Positions 1 through 14,071 of a DNA stretch of 64,000 bases are shown piece after piece. The notes below the pieces were generated by a model. The model made no database searches. It was not told the DNA's origin and was given only the letters and a program-made list of their open reading frames with translations. The stretch is from assembly GCF_009914755.1 (NCBI RefSeq), contig NC_060929.1; one strand, written 5' to 3'. How positions within the stretch are numbered: the stretch's first letter is position 1; every line of letters starts with the position of its first letter. This stretch comes from the human T2T-CHM13v2.0 reference genome, Homo sapiens. The position numbers and the translations under genes were made by a program.

Positions 1-1913
1 CACTTCCCCATCCTTCTTAAAAGTTTGAATCCAAATCTTTTGTACTCCAGGGCTTATTTTGTTTTTCCTGCAGCATTCTGCCTTTCTAGAATTAGCACTA
101 GTTACCCTCAGGAAAAACAAATACATGGACCCATAAAATAATCTTTGGAAGTCTTTCTTCTCCTGCTAGTTACCAAATTATAATCTTCTTATTGTAAAAA
201 TAAAATAAAATAAAAAATAAAAAGAACTATTTTACTCTAATAAGTTTCCCATTAAGCTAAGCCTGCTTTTGTTGTATTAGAGATTAACATATGTAGACAG
301 TGTTCTTTTTGACTGGAAATGGGGATTAGTTATGGTTCAAGTAATGCATAAACAAGATGTATTTTTAAAAATACATTATATTTATGCATTATATTTAAGC
401 AGCCATTTGTAAAAAGCTGAAACTTATTAGAAAGTGAATTCTTCATAATCATGTTTGTATTTTCAATGTTTAGGATTATTTGTTAGCTTAGGTATAGACT
501 AGACTATTTTTCTAAACAAACAGGAATAAGAAATATAGGTAGTAAAATTTACATGACCTGGTAAAATTTAAAATATCCATTCTGACTAACAGGCAGTGAT
601 GAGAACAATAAATAAAATATATCTTGGTTTAAATTCTAAGTAAATATATTTGACAATAGAAATATAAACATACTCATAGGAGTGAATTGCTTCTAATTCT
701 GGCCTTTAGCTAAATAAGCACTTAATGCTAGTAAGAAAAATACATTATTTCATAAAGATAACAACTTCTTTCAGAAATAGTAATTATATTTTTAAAGAGT
801 TTGGGGAAAATAGAAGTGTATACTCTAATCTTATAGCAAAGTTTCTGCTAAGTTTTCGTGATGCCAATGTTTTCATTATGAATCATTTCACTGTCAAACA
901 AAATGTACGCTATTGATTAAACACAGGCAAAAAGAGAGGGGAAAAAGGGTATATTAAAAAAAGACCTTTGGTTATTCCGGCTGCCACCAATTGCTTTCTT
1001 GTTTCAGCTGAATTTTGAAGTAGCTAATCATATTTTGGCATTTTCTTGTCATCAAAGCATTTCATGAAATTATCCCATTACAATGTTTTTCTCAGAGGCA
1101 AAATTAACATGGTTGACAGTTTAATTGACATATTTCTTTTTCGTTGTGTGCCTTTGCCAATTAAACAAATTGCACCCTATTTTGATGTTCATTTTGTTAA
1201 TTATTTGTAAAACTGTAGACTCTGATTTTTTTTTTTTTAATTTTCAAGTGTCAGTTTCTTGGTCGGGAATGAAAATAGTGCCAACCTGTGATACCTTCAC
1301 TCTAATTTTACTTTCTGAGGAAGTTTTCTGTAATAGTTACTTGGTGATAATTATTAATACTGGTGAGTTTTAAAAATTTTGCTTTCAGCAATTTTCCATT
1401 TTTTTCAGCATACTTATATCACAATGAGGCAACCAAATATGAATCCTGAGAATGAAGATGGAAAATGAATATTTTAATCCAATATCGAGTTGTTCTTTCA
1501 ACATTTTTAGTTTTAGTTTTAACTGAAAATATAAAGTTACATAATTGTGTGAGGAATAATTTTTGCAGAGAAATTTTTAAAAATTCACAAAAGGAAAAAG
1601 AAACCTTTACCATGAGTCTATAACATTGAAAGACTGTGTTTAAGTGATTTTAATAAAGCCAAACCAACACTTTCAGCAGGAACTAAATGGCAGCATCTGA
1701 TTTCACGCTGATACATATGTATTAGTGTGGTGCTCACTTTTACCCTTCATTTTACCTTGGGTCTTGCCATTTTCTTTCTATTTTTACGTTTTTTTTTTTT
1801 TTTTCTTTTGGAAGAGGTAATTTTTAGGGAGAAAAAAACACTTTTTCCTCATAGGTCGATTTAAAATGTTGGCCTTACCTTAATCTCCTCTCTCAAACTC
1901 AATCCACTATGTA

Positions 1914-2111
1914 ATGGGTCAACATACTTTTCTGTGAAGGACCAGATAGTAAATATTTTAGTCTTTGCAGGCCATATGGTCTCTGTTGCCAGCTCTTCCA
2001 TTGTGGTGTGAAAGCAGCCATAGACAACACAGAAATGAATAAGTGTAACTGTTCCAATAAAAACAGATGATATGTTGAATTTAGCTCACAGAGTTTAGCT
2101 TGCTGCCCCTG
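1914..2111. mobile_element. MER58A-like hAT-Charlie MITE
   Basis: ctgtgaaggaccagatagtaaatattttagtctttgcaggccatatggtctctgttg...aaagcagccatagacaa...cccctg matches the recalled MER58A consensus. Confidence 0.8.
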
Positions 2112-2127
2112 CAGGAGGCCTTTGGAG

Positions 2128-2232
2128 TAAAAGCTTCCTGAGAGGAGGAATTTTTGTCTTTTTTGCTCAAGTTCTAGCTCCAGTACCTAAAATAGTGCCT
2201 GTCACGTAGGTATTGATGAATATTTGAACCTG
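2128..2232 (+). mobile_element. L2 3' end fragment
   Basis: aagcttcctgagaggagg...cctaaaatagtgcctgtcacgtaggtattgatgaatatttg resembles the L2 tail. Confidence 0.6.
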
Positions 2233-3914
2233 TTGAACATACACCTAAAATAAAACATTTGGCAAGATACAGTACTACACAATTTGGAAAACACTTGGCT
2301 CCCATAGAAATCAAAGCCTTCCTGAGTAATTAATTATTTGGCCTGATGATGAATTACTGTGCCTGAGATGATAGAGCTAATTTATTTTTCAATTCACTCA
2401 GGGGACACACGTTATTTTCACTGTGAATTTGGTTAAAATGAAAAGATTTCCTGCTCTAAGTCCTGGATAGACCTTTATGTAATAGCATACTCTTCACTCT
2501 TTTTGAATCGCATGCAGTTGTCACACTGGATGATTTCCAGACAGAGGTTCCAAGTCTTTCATCATGTTTGGGTTAAAGGCCTCATTAACATACTAGTCCT
2601 GCCATTTGAGTCTGTTCTCTTCACGGAATATTTTCACCTGAATCAGTGGGTATAATTCATCAGTGTCTGGTTGCTTCAAGTTATTTTTCTTAATGCTGAT
2701 GTTAATGCATGCCCATCTTTATGCCTCAACACATTGCACAATGAAAAACAAAAATTATTTTGGAAGACACAGCTGACATCTATATGAAATATTCAGTATC
2801 AGTGATTGAACTTCAGCAAGCTCCTGTGGCCAGCAGGGTTTTACGGAGGTGCAACTGCTCTCCCATGATCACTTATCATAAAGCCAGAGACAATTGGGCC
2901 AACGTAGCATCTTGCCTGCTTTTGTGTACAAAATATAAATAGAATAGAGCAAACAAGGAAAAATAGTCCCGCAGCTGGAAGGCAACTTTAAAGAAAAATG
3001 ATGTTCATAGCTATCTTGCCAGTAGCTGGCAAAGCAGTTTTTATAAGACATATTTAATGTTTACAACCACTTGGAGGCTGGGGAAGGAGTAATACTTTGC
3101 AAATATGTTTAATGTTGTGAACCACTCTGTGGCCGAGAAGCAACTCCGGCTAAAATATATTTAATGCTTAGAGTCATTTGGTGGTTTCGAAAAAAAAGAA
3201 ACTTCTTGTTAATTTTTAACATTTATTGCTGATCAGTGGCTGCTAAAGTAACTATCAGTACAGCATGGTTTATGTTTAGGGACACGCTGTGCTGCTACTA
3301 ACACAATTCATACTCTTCTCTCAAGGCTACACAAAAAGTGTCAATAGCATTACCTTTGCAATTGCACCACTAATAAAAACACAGGAATCAAACAGACGAA
3401 TAAAATGCTCCCTGCCCACACAGCCATAACATCCTATGGCCCTGAAAATAGTCCTGCCAAACTGCGTGCAGTGGACACTTCACGGCTGGCACAGGAGAGA
3501 TCACAAGGCCTTGCTCAATTTCATCAAAAGTGTTAAAGCGACTCAGCAGATTGTGAAGCACAAGTGGAAGCTGATAATTGGTGTTTCTTACAAATCAACG
3601 GCTTGTCTCCACACATCAAGGTAAAGGCGTCCTCTACACCAAGGAAAATGTAAATTGGGATAGAAGGTCATTATGTTTTTAAATAAACTTGGTTAAATTT
3701 GTAGAAAGGGCAATGGTAAATACTGAGCTCACATGTCAGATGGAGAGAAAACTTGAGAAAAGGGAAGAAGATAATAAGCTGGAACCTTTACCATTTAGAC
3801 TTTCTCTGGCTAGTTTTCTGAGAATGATCATCAAACTCTTATGAGGACCCTTTCCAATGTATTGACTGCACTTCCCCAGGGATTGTGGCAAATGGTAAAT
3901 ATACATTTTCTCCT

Positions 3915-4075
3915 TGCTACTTGCAATAACCCTCTCATAAAGTGTTACTATTATTCACTTGCAGGTGAGAAAATCAATGTAAAAGAGGAGAAATAACCCA
4001 CACAACTACATACAACTAGGAAATGATAGTTGGATCTGAACAAAAGGATATGCACTCTTAACAAGTTCAACATCC
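3915..4075 (-). mobile_element. MIR fragment
   Basis: Degenerate MIR core: aaccctctc...tactattattcacttgcaggtgagaaaatc. Confidence 0.45.
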
Positions 4076-4376
4076 AAGTACTATTGCAAGTACAAGCTGT
4101 ATTTCATGGAAAAAGAACAGAATAACTCAAAAGGCAGAACGAAGAGCCTAGAGGTCAGAGATGAGAGGCATGAATAATTATTCACAGGCGTTGAATATAA
4201 TCAAATGACTTGCAACATTTACCACTGGGATTTTAAAATGTGGTGGACCAATCATCTTTTAGTCTGTGCATTTTCCCATTTTTTTCAACAGGAATGTCTA
4301 GAGATATTATTCCTGTTTTGCCACTGTATTTTTGGTGAGTGTGTAGTAAGTAACTGGCCTCTTTAGTATCACAAAG

Positions 4377-4796
4377 CTGGATGAAGAAAATGTGGTACAT
4401 ATACACCATGAGATACTATGCCGCCACAAAAAGGAAATGAGATCATGTCCTTTGCAGGGACGTGGATGAAGCTGGAAGCCATTATCCTTAGCAAAGTAAC
4501 GCAGGAACAGAAAACCAAACACCACGTGTTGTCTCTTATAAGTGGGAGCTGAACAGTAAGAACACATGGACACAGGGTGGAGAACAATACACACTGAGGC
4601 TTGATGGGGGGTGGAGGGTAGGGAGGGGGAGCATTAGAAAAAATAACTAATGCATGCTGGGCTTAATACTTATGTGATGGGTTGATAGGTGCAGCAAACC
4701 ACCCTGGCACATGTTTATCAATGTAACAAACCTGCACATCCTGCACAGGTACTCCAAAACTAAAAGTAAAAAATCTAAAAGAAAAAAAAAAAAGAA
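4377..4796 (+). mobile_element. 5'-truncated L1PA (older, about L1PA10-13) 3' end with A-rich tail
   Basis: aagaaaatgtggtacatatacaccatg...gagatcatgtcctttgcagggac...gcagcaaaccacc...aacctgcacatcctgcaca followed by an A-rich tail. Confidence 0.88.
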
Positions 4797-5400
4797 TTAA
4801 ACCCAAAATCACTTCCCCATCTAGACTTGATTTAGATGAAAAGCTCCTGGACTTTGAGCTGATGCTATAGTGGGTTGAAAATTTTGGGGTCCTCAGAAAG
4901 GGATGAGAATATATTGCATGACAGAGCAACATGAATCATTGAGAGCCAGAGTATAGACAGTGGTAGGTAGACTGTAGGAGAGCCCTCAGTGATCCCAGCT
5001 TTCTTGTATTCGCGTTGCACTTACTTGTAGAATATGGCAGAAGGGATGTGATGTCACTTTCAAGATTAGGTTATAAATAGACTATGGCTTCAATCAGAGG
5101 GTTTTCTCTCTGTCTAGCTCTCTTTTGGGTAGTTCATTCTGAGGAAAGCCAGCTGCCACGTTATGATGTAGGCCTGTGAGGTCCACGTAGCAAAGAACAT
5201 ATGGAAGATTTCTACCACCCCCTAACTAAGCCTTTAGATCAGACCGCAACCCCAGCCAACAAGGTAGCTACAAACTCTTGAGAAGCCTTGAGACAGAGGT
5301 ACTCAATAGAGCCATTCCTATGAGAAACTTAAGTATCTGCTGTTTTACACTGCTAAGGTTTTAGCTAATGTATTATGCCATAATAGATAAGTTATATACA
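4797..5400 (+). mobile_element. MaLR internal 3' end plus MLT1 (F/E-like) LTR
   Basis: ggactttgagctgatgct... MaLR-int-like terminus, then LTR motifs gatgtcactttcaagattaggttata and gccagctgccacg, ending ...atagataagttatataca. Confidence 0.7.
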
Positions 5401-5409
5401 ACCTTTATC

Positions 5410-5870
5410 AAATAATAAAAGTAACCATCATCAGTAATGAGACAAATCAAAAACCATGGCCCACCCAATAGAACATAATGAGGAGAGTACAGAATTGGTT
5501 CTGGGATATTTCTGACAAAGATGTATATGCTTCATTCATACATGAGGAAACATCACACATACTCAAGATGGGAGAGCCATTCTAAAAAATAACTAGGCAG
5601 AAATCTTCAAAAATATTAAAGTCACGGAAACCAAGAAAAAATATGAACCTGTTTCAGATTAAAGGAAACTAAACAGACCTAACATTTTAATACAATGTTT
5701 GATTTTGAACTTGAACTTTTTGTTATATAAGACACTATTGAGACAAGTGCTAATGCTTGAATAGGGCTGAAGGATTAGATTATAATAATACATTAATGCA
5801 AATTTCCTGATTTTAAACATTGTAGTTTGATTGCACAAGGCGAATGTCTTTATGTGTGGAAAATAAATAG
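5410..5870 (+). mobile_element. Ancient L1M (L1MC/L1ME-like) 3' fragment
   Basis: tcttcaaaaatattaaagtca...tcagattaaagga...aatttcctgatttt resembles an L1MC/ME 3'UTR. Confidence 0.55.
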
Positions 5871-6155
5871 TCAACATTCTGTCTTCAAGCTTCTGAAAAA
5901 ACTCTGCTTTTAGGGCATAGATAGAAGTGGATGATAATTCACCTGTTCCTCTGCTACTAATTGAGGGGCTCTCTGTTTCCATGGCTGGCTCAAGGGATAA
6001 GAGAATATATCTAGTTTTTTATGTTTCGATTTGTCTCTCTATGGCATTTTTGTGAAAATAAGGAAGTGTGGAGACTTATATATGTTTCTAAGTTATAATA
6101 GTTCATTAATGTAAAGTACAGACACAGTCTTCACTTTTCCTTCTTAGACCGTTTA

Positions 6156-6563
<408 letters not shown>

Positions 6564-8548
6564 TTAGCATTTCTCCCCAAACTTCATGTAAAATAAAATA
6601 GAGTTGAGAGAAAAAAAGAAAGGCAAGGGAGTACCTGTTCACTATTTTTATTAAACCAGTGTTCTACTTTATTTTAGGTGTATCTTTTCTTATTTAAATG
6701 TCAGCTAAACTTTCTTTTTAAGATATTGAATGAAAGATGCCCATCCTTCAGGTTTTGTTTAAGCAAGAATCCCCATTCTCAAATAATATAATATAAACTT
6801 TCCAAATTCTTAAGTAGATCATCTGAGATTGAAAGCTAAGTTTAACTTTCTCAAAGATATTTTAGCCGCATGACACCTAGACAAAATGGTATATTAAATT
6901 CTGACTAATTTGGTTCTAAAGCAACTAAGAATCATTCTTACTTTCTTATCCACAGGGGTTATTAAGTTTTCACATTAAAAAAAATCCAACAGTGAATAAT
7001 ACTGCATTGGGGTTACTGTAATTGTTAAGTAAAATAAGAAATACAAATCTTTAGTTAGATCACATGGCACCTGACTACTGCTTAGAAAATGGTAAGAATT
7101 ACTACATAAATCATGAGTCACTATTGACATCTACTATATCATATCATAGGTTAGATATCTAATTATAAATAGTCAAATCAGCTGACTCAAGGTGGCATAG
7201 CTCAAGCAGGGGAAGATAATACAAGTTGAGTATGGATTTAACACTCTAAACCTGTCAGCATTGTAGGAAAAGTAACTTAAAACTGCACACCCCACTTATG
7301 CATAATCATCAGATATTAAAGAGGGTACATTCCTATAATTTATTGTTGCTCTAGTGATCTTAAAGAATTAAGTCCACATTCATAAAGTCCAAACTTGTCT
7401 CCAAGGATTTGCTTTGACTTTGGGAGTATCTGGATCATTAAGTAATTTCCGGAGGTCAGAGTAAAAGCTTTTTATCTCTAAATATTACTTCCCTGGAATA
7501 TTAGATGTAACAGAAGTCAGTAACGGAGTGATCTTTCTCTTAAACAATTCATAGATTCACTGGAATTTTCTTCAACTTTAGGAAAATTAAATATATTCCA
7601 CAGTGCTGTAAGTCTTAAATATTGATTTTCCTCTGAAATCTTGACTCATCCTACCCACCACCATTCTCCCTTTGTACAATATGTTCTTTGTAATGTTCAC
7701 TTTACACAAGTGAAAATTAGTAATATTAGTAAATTTTCATTGCAGGTTTATTTGTTCATATTTCTGGATATATAATCCATTACTGTTAAACTTCATATCA
7801 ATGTTCCGATATTTCTTCATCTTATGTTTTATGTTACAAAACAGGTTATTTCACTATATGTATTTTTAATTGATTAATTCTTCCCTTTTTTTGGAAATGA
7901 AACAGAAGCACTCTCAATTATTGGGACAGAAAAGTTATTTCATAGGGAATACTTCAAACACTGATATCTACAACAGGCAGTAAGATTCGTCACAACAATT
8001 GGTATACTGTCAATATACCATACAAAGTTCCATCTGGTCTTGATTAAAAATTATTTTAGTATTCTCAGGAAAATGATACAGAGGGAGAATTGCCTCGATT
8101 ATATGAGAGAAAAAAAAGTATAGAAAAACATAATGTTTTCTTAGATTATTACAGCAGTGAACTATTTCCACCTGGTAAGAAGGGTGCACTTGAGAATGGG
8201 GTTCGAGTACTCTAGGAACATAGATGTAAGTTCTGGATGCACAGTAGTTGTTGCTTAGTTGTAAGTTGGAAATTTCAAGGCAGAAACAGCAGATACCACA
8301 ACTATAATTGGGTCTCCTTGTTTTTTGTTTTATGTGTATATGTGAGATTATGGGGAAAGACAAAAGTAATGCATAGAGGTTTATTTTTTAACATTCAATT
8401 CATAAGCAGTGTTTATACCTCTTTGTACTTACTTGAAAAGTGTATATTATGTAAATTTAGTATAAAAACACTTGGACTAATTCATACCATGTGGTAAAAT
8501 TTCACATTCAAAAGAAATACCCTTCTGTTATTAAAAATAAAAAAAAAG

Positions 8549-8853
8549 GAGCCAGGAGGGTGGCTCATGACTGTAATCCCAGTGCTCTGGGAAGCCAAGG
8601 TGGAGGGATCATTTGAGGCCAGGACTACTTGAGAACAGCCTGGGCAACATAGCTAGATCCCTTCTCTACAAAAAGTAAAAAAAAAAAAAAAAAAATAGCT
8701 AGGCAGAGTGGCACATGACTGGCTATTAAGGAGGCTCAGGTGGAGGGATCTCTTCAGCCCAGGAATTTAAGGCTTCAGTGAGCTAAGACTGGGCCATTGC
8801 ACTCCAGCCAGGGCAACAGACCAAGACCCAGTCTCAAAATAAATAAATAAAAA
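8549..8853 (+). mobile_element. AluJ
   Basis: Diverged dimeric Alu with J-type motifs (gcccaggaattt, ggcttcagtgagcta) and a (TAAA)n tail. Confidence 0.9.
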
Positions 8854-10710
8854 TGAAAGAAAGCAGTGCACTGAAAATCAATTTAAGTATTTACTGGAGT
8901 TGTCTTGAAGGCCCAATGGGAAATTTCAGTAAGGGCACATGAGAAAACACTTTAAGAACCTATTCTTCCAAAGATCTTTCCAGTATCTTATGACAACACA
9001 GTAAATTATATCCCACTCCAACTGCAAAAGCTGAAACTACTCTGCTTTCTCACTTACCTACACTTTTGACTTTCCAAATATATTTCTCTCTTTGGATATG
9101 ATCTGCAAACTCCTTACACGAAGGCTCCAACTCTGCAGCCCTAGTTATTATAGTTGGCACAAGAAAAATCCTAATTGTTTTATCCAAGGAGACGGAATTT
9201 TCCAATACTGTAGAGGCATGTGTGTGTGTTTGCTTTAAGGAAGCTGTTTTGGTACTAAAAAGTCACTGAGGGTCATAAATTCATGTTAACACATCCAGTG
9301 TACATGAAGTAGGCACCGAGTTAAACTATTTGTCTACTATATAGCATGTCATCTTAAAAGCCTTATTTTTTCCTCAAAATATTAACTTTATTTTTCTCCC
9401 TGTAAAATCAAGACACCGTTAAAATGTAGCCTCCCTCATTTTCTGGGAATACTTTCTAACAAGATATGCTTCTTTCCAATTGGACTTCTAAATTTCTAGC
9501 AATAATAACAGTGCATAAAACAGGCAACCCCAAAAGTGTAGCAGGTACTGAATAACAGATTTGCAGCCTTGGGTATCCACATTAAAATTTGAAATCTAAG
9601 TGAATTACTTCAAGCTGATTTCTTAGGTCAAGGAGAGATTATGGTCCTTAAATGCCTGATAAGGTCACATACACAATTTCAAGTGCATTATAGTAAATCC
9701 ATGTGACAGCTCCTACAGCTACTAACCTGCTTCTGCCCTCAGGGTAGCGTGCACAATCTTCATCACAAGTCCTGGGTGGTGGTAGGAGCAGTAGAAACCC
9801 CCTGGGTCATGTCAGATTTAGAAAATATAAGCAATGGCTCATACACGAATTTTAAGTTGTAACCTACATGTGATAAGTTGCTTTATCTTCCAAATGTAAT
9901 AAAAACCAGAAGTTACTTTGAAATAAATTGAAGGATTAGCAGTGGTGACTGAGGAATAAAAATTATAATTTAAAATTGTCCTTAAAGCTGGAATTCTTAA
10001 CTTACTGACCTTATATCCTACATATTATAGGACTTTGTAAATTTAGGCTGATATGGAAATGTATATTTATATCAAATTTAAATTTTTAGAATGATGGTGC
10101 TACTATATTCTAATTGTTAATTTGATAATTGTAATTGTAATTTGTTAATTTGTTCTAATAATGTTTTCATGACATTATTCATTTGCTGCTTGGCTTGATG
10201 GCACAACAAGTATGGGTTATTTACCCTGAAAAGGAAACAGTATTACCCTTCCAGAATCTCTATTTACAGCTACAAAAGATGCATCACACCTGTTTCCGGA
10301 CCACTTCCAGATCAGATGTGACACATGCTTTAGATAATTTACTTTGATCTAGGAATTACTGTCTGGCATTTTGTGGTGTAGGGTAGGTGTCTCCAGCACT
10401 ATATAGGTGTCTGGAATTGAGATAACAATCAATTTCAATACAAAATACATTTTTTGCTTAAAGCATGCAAGGATTCTATGAATTCAGGTAAATTCACAGG
10501 GTGGAAAACAGGAACTAATGTTATATATTCCTGTACTTATCTTCATAATGAAGCAGAAAGAAAAACAAAAAAGTTACAAAAATAAATGAAAAGAACTGTA
10601 TTTTCTAGAATTGAAAAATATTCTTTTAGATGATAGATAAGATGTTTACATCAACCTGCAAAAAGTCAATGTTGAAGAGGTCTCATTGTATCTCACAGAA
10701 TTTTGATTTG

Positions 10711-10719
10711 CCTACTCAC
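10711..10719 (-). promoter_or_regulatory. 5' splice donor of the cadherin exon
   Basis: cctactcac on + is GTGAGTAGG on minus, a near-consensus donor. Confidence 0.9.
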
Positions 10720-11014
10720 CCACAGGAGACATTTCTGGAACAGTAGCAACATAAGGTCCATCCAAAAACTTTGGCTCATTATCATTAATATCCTGCACTT
10801 TGATGATGAATTCTGATTCAGGCTCCAGGGGCTTTCTGGTTTCTATGTCCACAGCCTGAGCACGAAGAGTGTAGAAAGGTTTCTCTTCTCTATCTAGGCT
10901 CCTTATTGCATGAATGTCCCCTGTGGTTTCATCAATGGTAAAAACGGTGCCAGCGCCATCTCCTGAGAGGGTGTATTTCACAGTGCCCTCTCCCTTGTCT
11001 AAGTCGGAATGGAG
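10720..11014 (-). CDS. CDH12: Internal coding exon (295 nt, phase 0 to phase 1) of type II cadherin CDH12 (most of EC1 and start of EC2); could be a paralogous CDH12P copy
   Basis: Minus strand reads polypyrimidine tract-ctaaAG|CTC CAT TCC GAC... = [99 protein letters not shown]|GTGAGT. Contains the cadherin Ca-binding motifs LDRE and DINDN and the type II QAV motif. No stop or frameshift. Peptide matches CDH12 as recalled. Confidence 0.93.
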
Positions 11015-11070
11015 CTTTAGGGAAGAGAAGGAGAGAGAGAGGAAGAGAAAGAGAAGGACAAAGAAAGAAC
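11015..11070 (-). promoter_or_regulatory. 3' splice acceptor and long polypyrimidine tract of the cadherin exon
   Basis: The + strand is purine-rich (ggaagagaaggagagagagaggaagagaaagagaagg), so the minus strand has a TC-rich tract ending in AG at 11016-11015. Confidence 0.88.
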
Positions 11071-12049
11071 ACCATTAAAAGGATGTGCCAAATTAAAAAG
11101 TCATAATTTGCAATACAATTCCTTTAATCAAAAATGTTAAATAAAAATCTTATGGTTCTGTTTTCTCGTTTTTTATTTCTCCAACTTCTTTTTATAAAAA
11201 TTTCAACACAAAAAGTTGAAAACTGTGCGATGAACGCATATATACCTATACATCCAAACATTCCTCCATTCGTCTATTAATCTGCTTGCCTTATCAGATA
11301 GATCTCATATCTATTCTTCTGTTCATCCTTCTCTTAACCCATTTTTTTTTGAGGTGTTACGAAGATCAGAACAAAAGTACAACCTCAGATATAGCAACAG
11401 GCAAAAAAACCAACAAATTTTGAAAATTTGTATTTAGTTCTTCTGTATCCCTTTGGGATAACATTTTCATAAAATGAAATGCACAAAACTTCAGTGTACT
11501 TATTGTTTCATTTTAAATAAACATTGCAATAAAAATAAATTAGCTCATAAACACCACAAAATAAACTTTCCAAGTGTTCTGAAGATGAAATCAATGACCT
11601 GAATCCAGTGGGAGATAGTGCAAAGGAACTCAGAAAACACTAAGCATTTTCATTTGTAAAGAAGGGAAAAATCTGGCAAATCAAGAGGTTTTCAGTGATA
11701 TAGGGCAGAGCATCTCATTTTAACAGGCTGAGTTTGAATGAGTTTACCACTATGATTGGTAGAATCACTGATTATCCTTTCAGATTCACAAATAGCTTGT
11801 TCCAATTCATTCTATATATAGAATATTTATGTTGAGTAATATGGGAAAGCATTGAAATTCTACTAATTTATTTTAAAATTCAACACATGTATGGTACATT
11901 ATGTTATAGTATGGAATAAGATACACATGAATAAGCGATAAGGAAGAGAACTAAAGAGTAGAGAGAATTATCAGTGTAATGCCGTAAGGCAGTGTTGTTC
12001 AAACTGGAGACCAAGAATAAATGAAAAATGGACACAGTCTTAAACGTAT

Positions 12050-12220
12050 ATAAATTACGTGTAAATAAATAAATATATACATAAAATATTACATAAAATA
12101 AAATAGTGCATCATATATAATTTTCTAGTAGTATATATTTGTATAAATATATTCTTATACATAATTATATATACATATATACATAACATAGTCTTATAAA
12201 TAATATTTACATTAATTTTT
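12050..12220. repeat. AT-rich low-complexity tract
   Basis: Degenerate TA/TAAA-rich sequence. Confidence 0.6.
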
Positions 12221-13758
12221 ATGCAGATGTTGATTTAAATGTTTTAAACTATTCTTGCTCATTTGGGTATAGCCATTTGATTTCAGTATCCAAATTTTTA
12301 CATGTAACAGCTTTTTCCAGACAACAGATCACCCAAAAGAAAAATAAACTTTTGCAGCATTTCTAACCATTTGGGCTATGCCTTAAAAATCTGCATATGA
12401 GCACTGCTCTTTGCAAATCATTGCTTAAGAATGAGTTCTGTTTTCTTAACATTTCAACACACACACAAAAACTCTGAAAATATTTTAAATTATATAAATA
12501 TCCTGTTGCAAATAAGCTTCCTGTGTATTAGTATGAGTAATTAAAAGCACAAATATAGCCCAAATAAATACAAGTTCAACTGTAGCTACATCTTTGCTCT
12601 TAAGCTCAAGAGCGTGCTTTAAGTTCAATAAAATAATATCATTGTTCATATTAATGTTATTAAGGTAAACTTATTCATTTTGTGACCCTGCATTTCCTTC
12701 AATATTTGTTCTAAAAGTGTTTTGTATGAGAGTATAAGCAAAACCATAAAAACCTGGTTGGGTAATATAATAAAAATAATGTGGCAACAATAAGAGGGAA
12801 CAAGATTTTGATGTTTCTTTAAAAGTTTCTGTATATTTTACTTAAGTATAAAGAAAATTGTTATGAATGATAGGAGGAAGGATTTTTGTCCACCTATTAA
12901 AAAAAACTGCTGTGAAGCATAGGAAGTTTCAAGCATAAAATCAAGCAGTAGATAAATGTTCTTTGAACTTATGAATTTCAAATTATAAATTTCAACCATG
13001 CTATTAAAGATATTCAACACAGTGGGTATTCCTTTTGCTTTCAAATTTATCTAAATATATGAGACAGGCAAAAGCTCAATGCAAAAGGCATGACTTTATA
13101 AAATGGATCCATTTTGCCAACAGCTCAAAGAATATATGGTAATATTGTGGGAACTGAGTGAAAATTCAGAGTAGGTTTTGAAATGTGATACAAGTAGAAT
13201 TTTAAAAAGAAAAAAGAAAAACAAAACAAAAATTTCTGTATTTAGCTAAAATCATAACTGTTTCCTTTGCAAACTGACATAAAAATGAAGAAGCAAAATG
13301 TGTCTTTAGTTATATCCAAGTTCCAAATTCAAGTTAATTACTGCTGCTCCTCACTCTTCTACCTTTTCCTTCAAATTTAAAGATGGGCTTTGCAGAGATT
13401 AAAGCTTCAGAAAAAAATATGGGAAAATACGTTAAAAGGTTGACCTGTAAATGAAGTGGATGACTATAAAACTCGTGAGAGAATTAGACTTTTTGTAGCA
13501 GTTTATTACATGATAATACCTTAAAGGAGATCACATTCAGTGATCTGCGTTGACAGGTAATATTTAAAATTAAGTGTTAATGCTGATTAATTAGGCAGAT
13601 GGGTGGTAGCCTAAAGTATAGACATTTTTCCAATATTAATTTTGATATTAAATAAATGACATTGGCTCTTGTTGGATATTATAAAATTTCCTTTACTTCA
13701 ACTGTAAAATAATTTCAACAGTGAAAGGTATAAAGTAAGATGAAAATTTCCATCATGA

Positions 13759-14071
<313 letters not shown>

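Noticed and set aside
10712-10981. ORF-track 89-aa protein 'MKYTLSG...PVGE*' as a standalone gene
   Set aside because: The start is an internal GTG (Val) codon and the stop lies in the intron just after the donor. It is an internal exon, not a complete ORF.
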